NCBI GenBank assembly: GCA_964658305.1
Contig: OZ210885.1
Coordinates: forward strand, 23,808,001 to 23,872,000
From: Leptogorgia sarmentosa
Taxonomy: Eukaryota
Direction of reading: 5' to 3'
DNA: 64,000 nucleotides
Part shown: positions 62,154 through 64,000 of the stretch, one piece after another
Numbering within the stretch: position 1 is the first letter of the stretch
How the letters are laid out: each line of letters begins with the position of its first letter
Position numbers and translations under genes: made by a program
Notes under the pieces: generated by a model
Seen by the model: the letters and a program-made list of their open reading frames with translations, nothing else
The model's database searches: none
Told to the model about the DNA's origin: nothing

Positions 62154-64000
62154 TGTTATGCACATCGCATAATAATATTTACGTTTATTCAACAAAAATA
62201 ATACATATCCAAAACTTAAGAACTACAAAGTTCTCCACAACAACAACATGCTCTAAAAGTACATAAATTATAATATTTAAAGTGACCGGAAGTAAGTAAC
62301 ATAACCCAACTGTAAAATAAATTAAATTAAAGCCAAAAGGCAAAGTCCATTACACTCCCGACGTTGATCACGTCCAGTGATCAAATCGATTAGCTGTTCG
62401 ATTGTCGCAAAAGTTCTCCAATCACAGCAGCAGTTCTTCTTGGTCGTTTTCGAGTCTTATCTTCTTCCACTGTATCTTTACTCTCACTCATAAATTGGGG
62501 AACCGTTGCCGTATCTGGACCCATTGTCAGTTCCAAAGGTATTAAGTGTTGAACTGGTCGATGTAACTCAGTCAATCGACGTTTCGTAGGATTAACCATG
62601 CAAACCTTCGCAGCTCTAATCACACCGTCTTGGCTTGCGACAAGCCCCTTTACTCTTGCCAATTTCCACAAGACTTGAGGGGTAAGATCGTTTTTTAACA
62701 CAACTATGTCACCGACGGCGATTATCTGTCCTTCGGGTCCATGAAGCAAGCGTGAAGTCTCTCGTATACTTAAGAGGTATTCATTTCACTGCTCCAATAA
62801 TCGTTTCTGATTTCTTGCTTTCCTGGTTAACTATCGGTTTGTACTGATGATTTCGAACTGTCGTTCGTATAAGTTAGGGGACGATTGTTAATCGTAACAA
62901 AGTTCATCACTGTCCTCGTTCCAACTAATTCCCAAAATTTTGACACAACTTCGCTTAGATGAGGAATGATTTTGTGACAATCGACGTGGCAAGGTGGTCT
63001 TGACTATCGTTTCTCCTGAACTTGTATCGGACTTCTGTGGACTCAAGTCGCAAATTGGGTCGTCTTCACCACGGGATGTAGTACGCTCGTCGTCGTCGCT
63101 GATGACAGTTCAAATGTGCGGCGAACTTGCCGTTCAAATATGCCACTTTCGAAGCTTGAATCCTCCTCTGCTCATTATGTCTTGAGATTGTCGATATACA
63201 CGTAAAGCCTTGTTATCGCTATTAGCTCCACCCGCGAAATCATCGACATACAGTGACCCGAGTAGTAACGAGACTGTCTCTGGATCAAATTCTTCGTATT
63301 TCGAAAGGTGGTGACGAATAATGGTGGATAAAATAGCAGGACTTGGGGTTAAACCAAATGGCAGCCGTCGAAACTCGTATTCCTTTGGAGTGAGGTGTTC
63401 TTGGGTGATATCATCAAACCAAAGAAACTTCAACATCTTTCTATCCTAAGGAGCGATTTGAACTTGATGGGATGCCTTTTCAATATCGGCGACAAGTCCG
63501 ATGGGATAGCCTCTAAAATTGATGACGGTATCAGATAAATGTGGGACTAAATTCAGACCCTTCTCCAGACAAGCATTCAATGACGGATCATCTTTTGTGC
63601 CCTTCGCTGAACCATCAAAGACCACTCTAAGCTTTGCGGTTTCTTTGTCTTCCCGAATTACGCCATGATGAGGTAGATAATAACTGGTTTCATCTGGACC
63701 AGTCACTGAATCGATAATTCCCATTTTCTCTTGATCCTTAATGATTCTGTCATATTCTTGCAATACGAGTTTGTCTTTATCGAGACGAGACTTCAGTTGA
63801 TGTAGATGTTTCAGGCACAAACCATAACTGCTCGATCGGGGAATAACGTCAGTTTTCCAGGGTAGATTCACTTCGTATGTTTTTTCGTCCTCGAGATATT
63901 GTATATTCTTCAGAAACTCGTTATCACTCGACTCTTCATGGGATTCTTGAATGCCCATGGATTCTATCTCCCAAAACCGATTCAAGCACTTCGACAGATC
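62154..64000 (-). mobile_element. BEL/Pao 3' portion with a large internal deletion
   Basis: RT (YYLPHHGVIREDKET.KLRVVFDGS, ADIEKA, RLPFGL, LYVDDF) jumps at ~62890 to the integrase C-terminus (VGDIVVL..WKLARV..DGVIRAA..RPVQHLIPLE); PPT-like GGGAG; 3' LTR ~62154-62354 with TG..CA ends and AATAAA. Confidence 0.92.

Overview
AT-rich eukaryotic (animal) DNA made almost entirely of nested, mostly decayed transposable elements. I see no intact host gene, RNA gene or CRISPR array. The element types suggest a marine invertebrate, possibly an anthozoan cnidarian; that is inference only. Retroelements: four BEL/Pao and four Ty3/Gypsy LTR elements or fragments, two DIRS/Ngaro-type tyrosine-recombinase elements and four LINE remnants. 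DNA-transposon relics: hAT, Mutator-like, P/THAP9-like, Sola-like, Crypton-like, IS3EU-like and two RAG1/Transib-like transposases, plus several MITEs, a 671-bp foldback palindrome and a higher-order minisatellite. The most interesting structure appears only after the nested insertions are removed. (1) A spliced RAG1/Transib-like transposase (minus strand, split by a BEL element) lies tail-to-tail, 87 bp apart, with a spliced chromodomain gene, echoing the ProtoRAG RAG1L/RAG2L layout. (2) A spliced IS3EU-like integrase lies tail-to-tail with an alpha-kinase. (3) A Mutator-like transposase is preceded by a Ser/Thr-type kinase gene. All three copies are pseudogenised, and the shared-element interpretation needs multi-copy confirmation. 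Family assignments come from motif recognition, not database searches.
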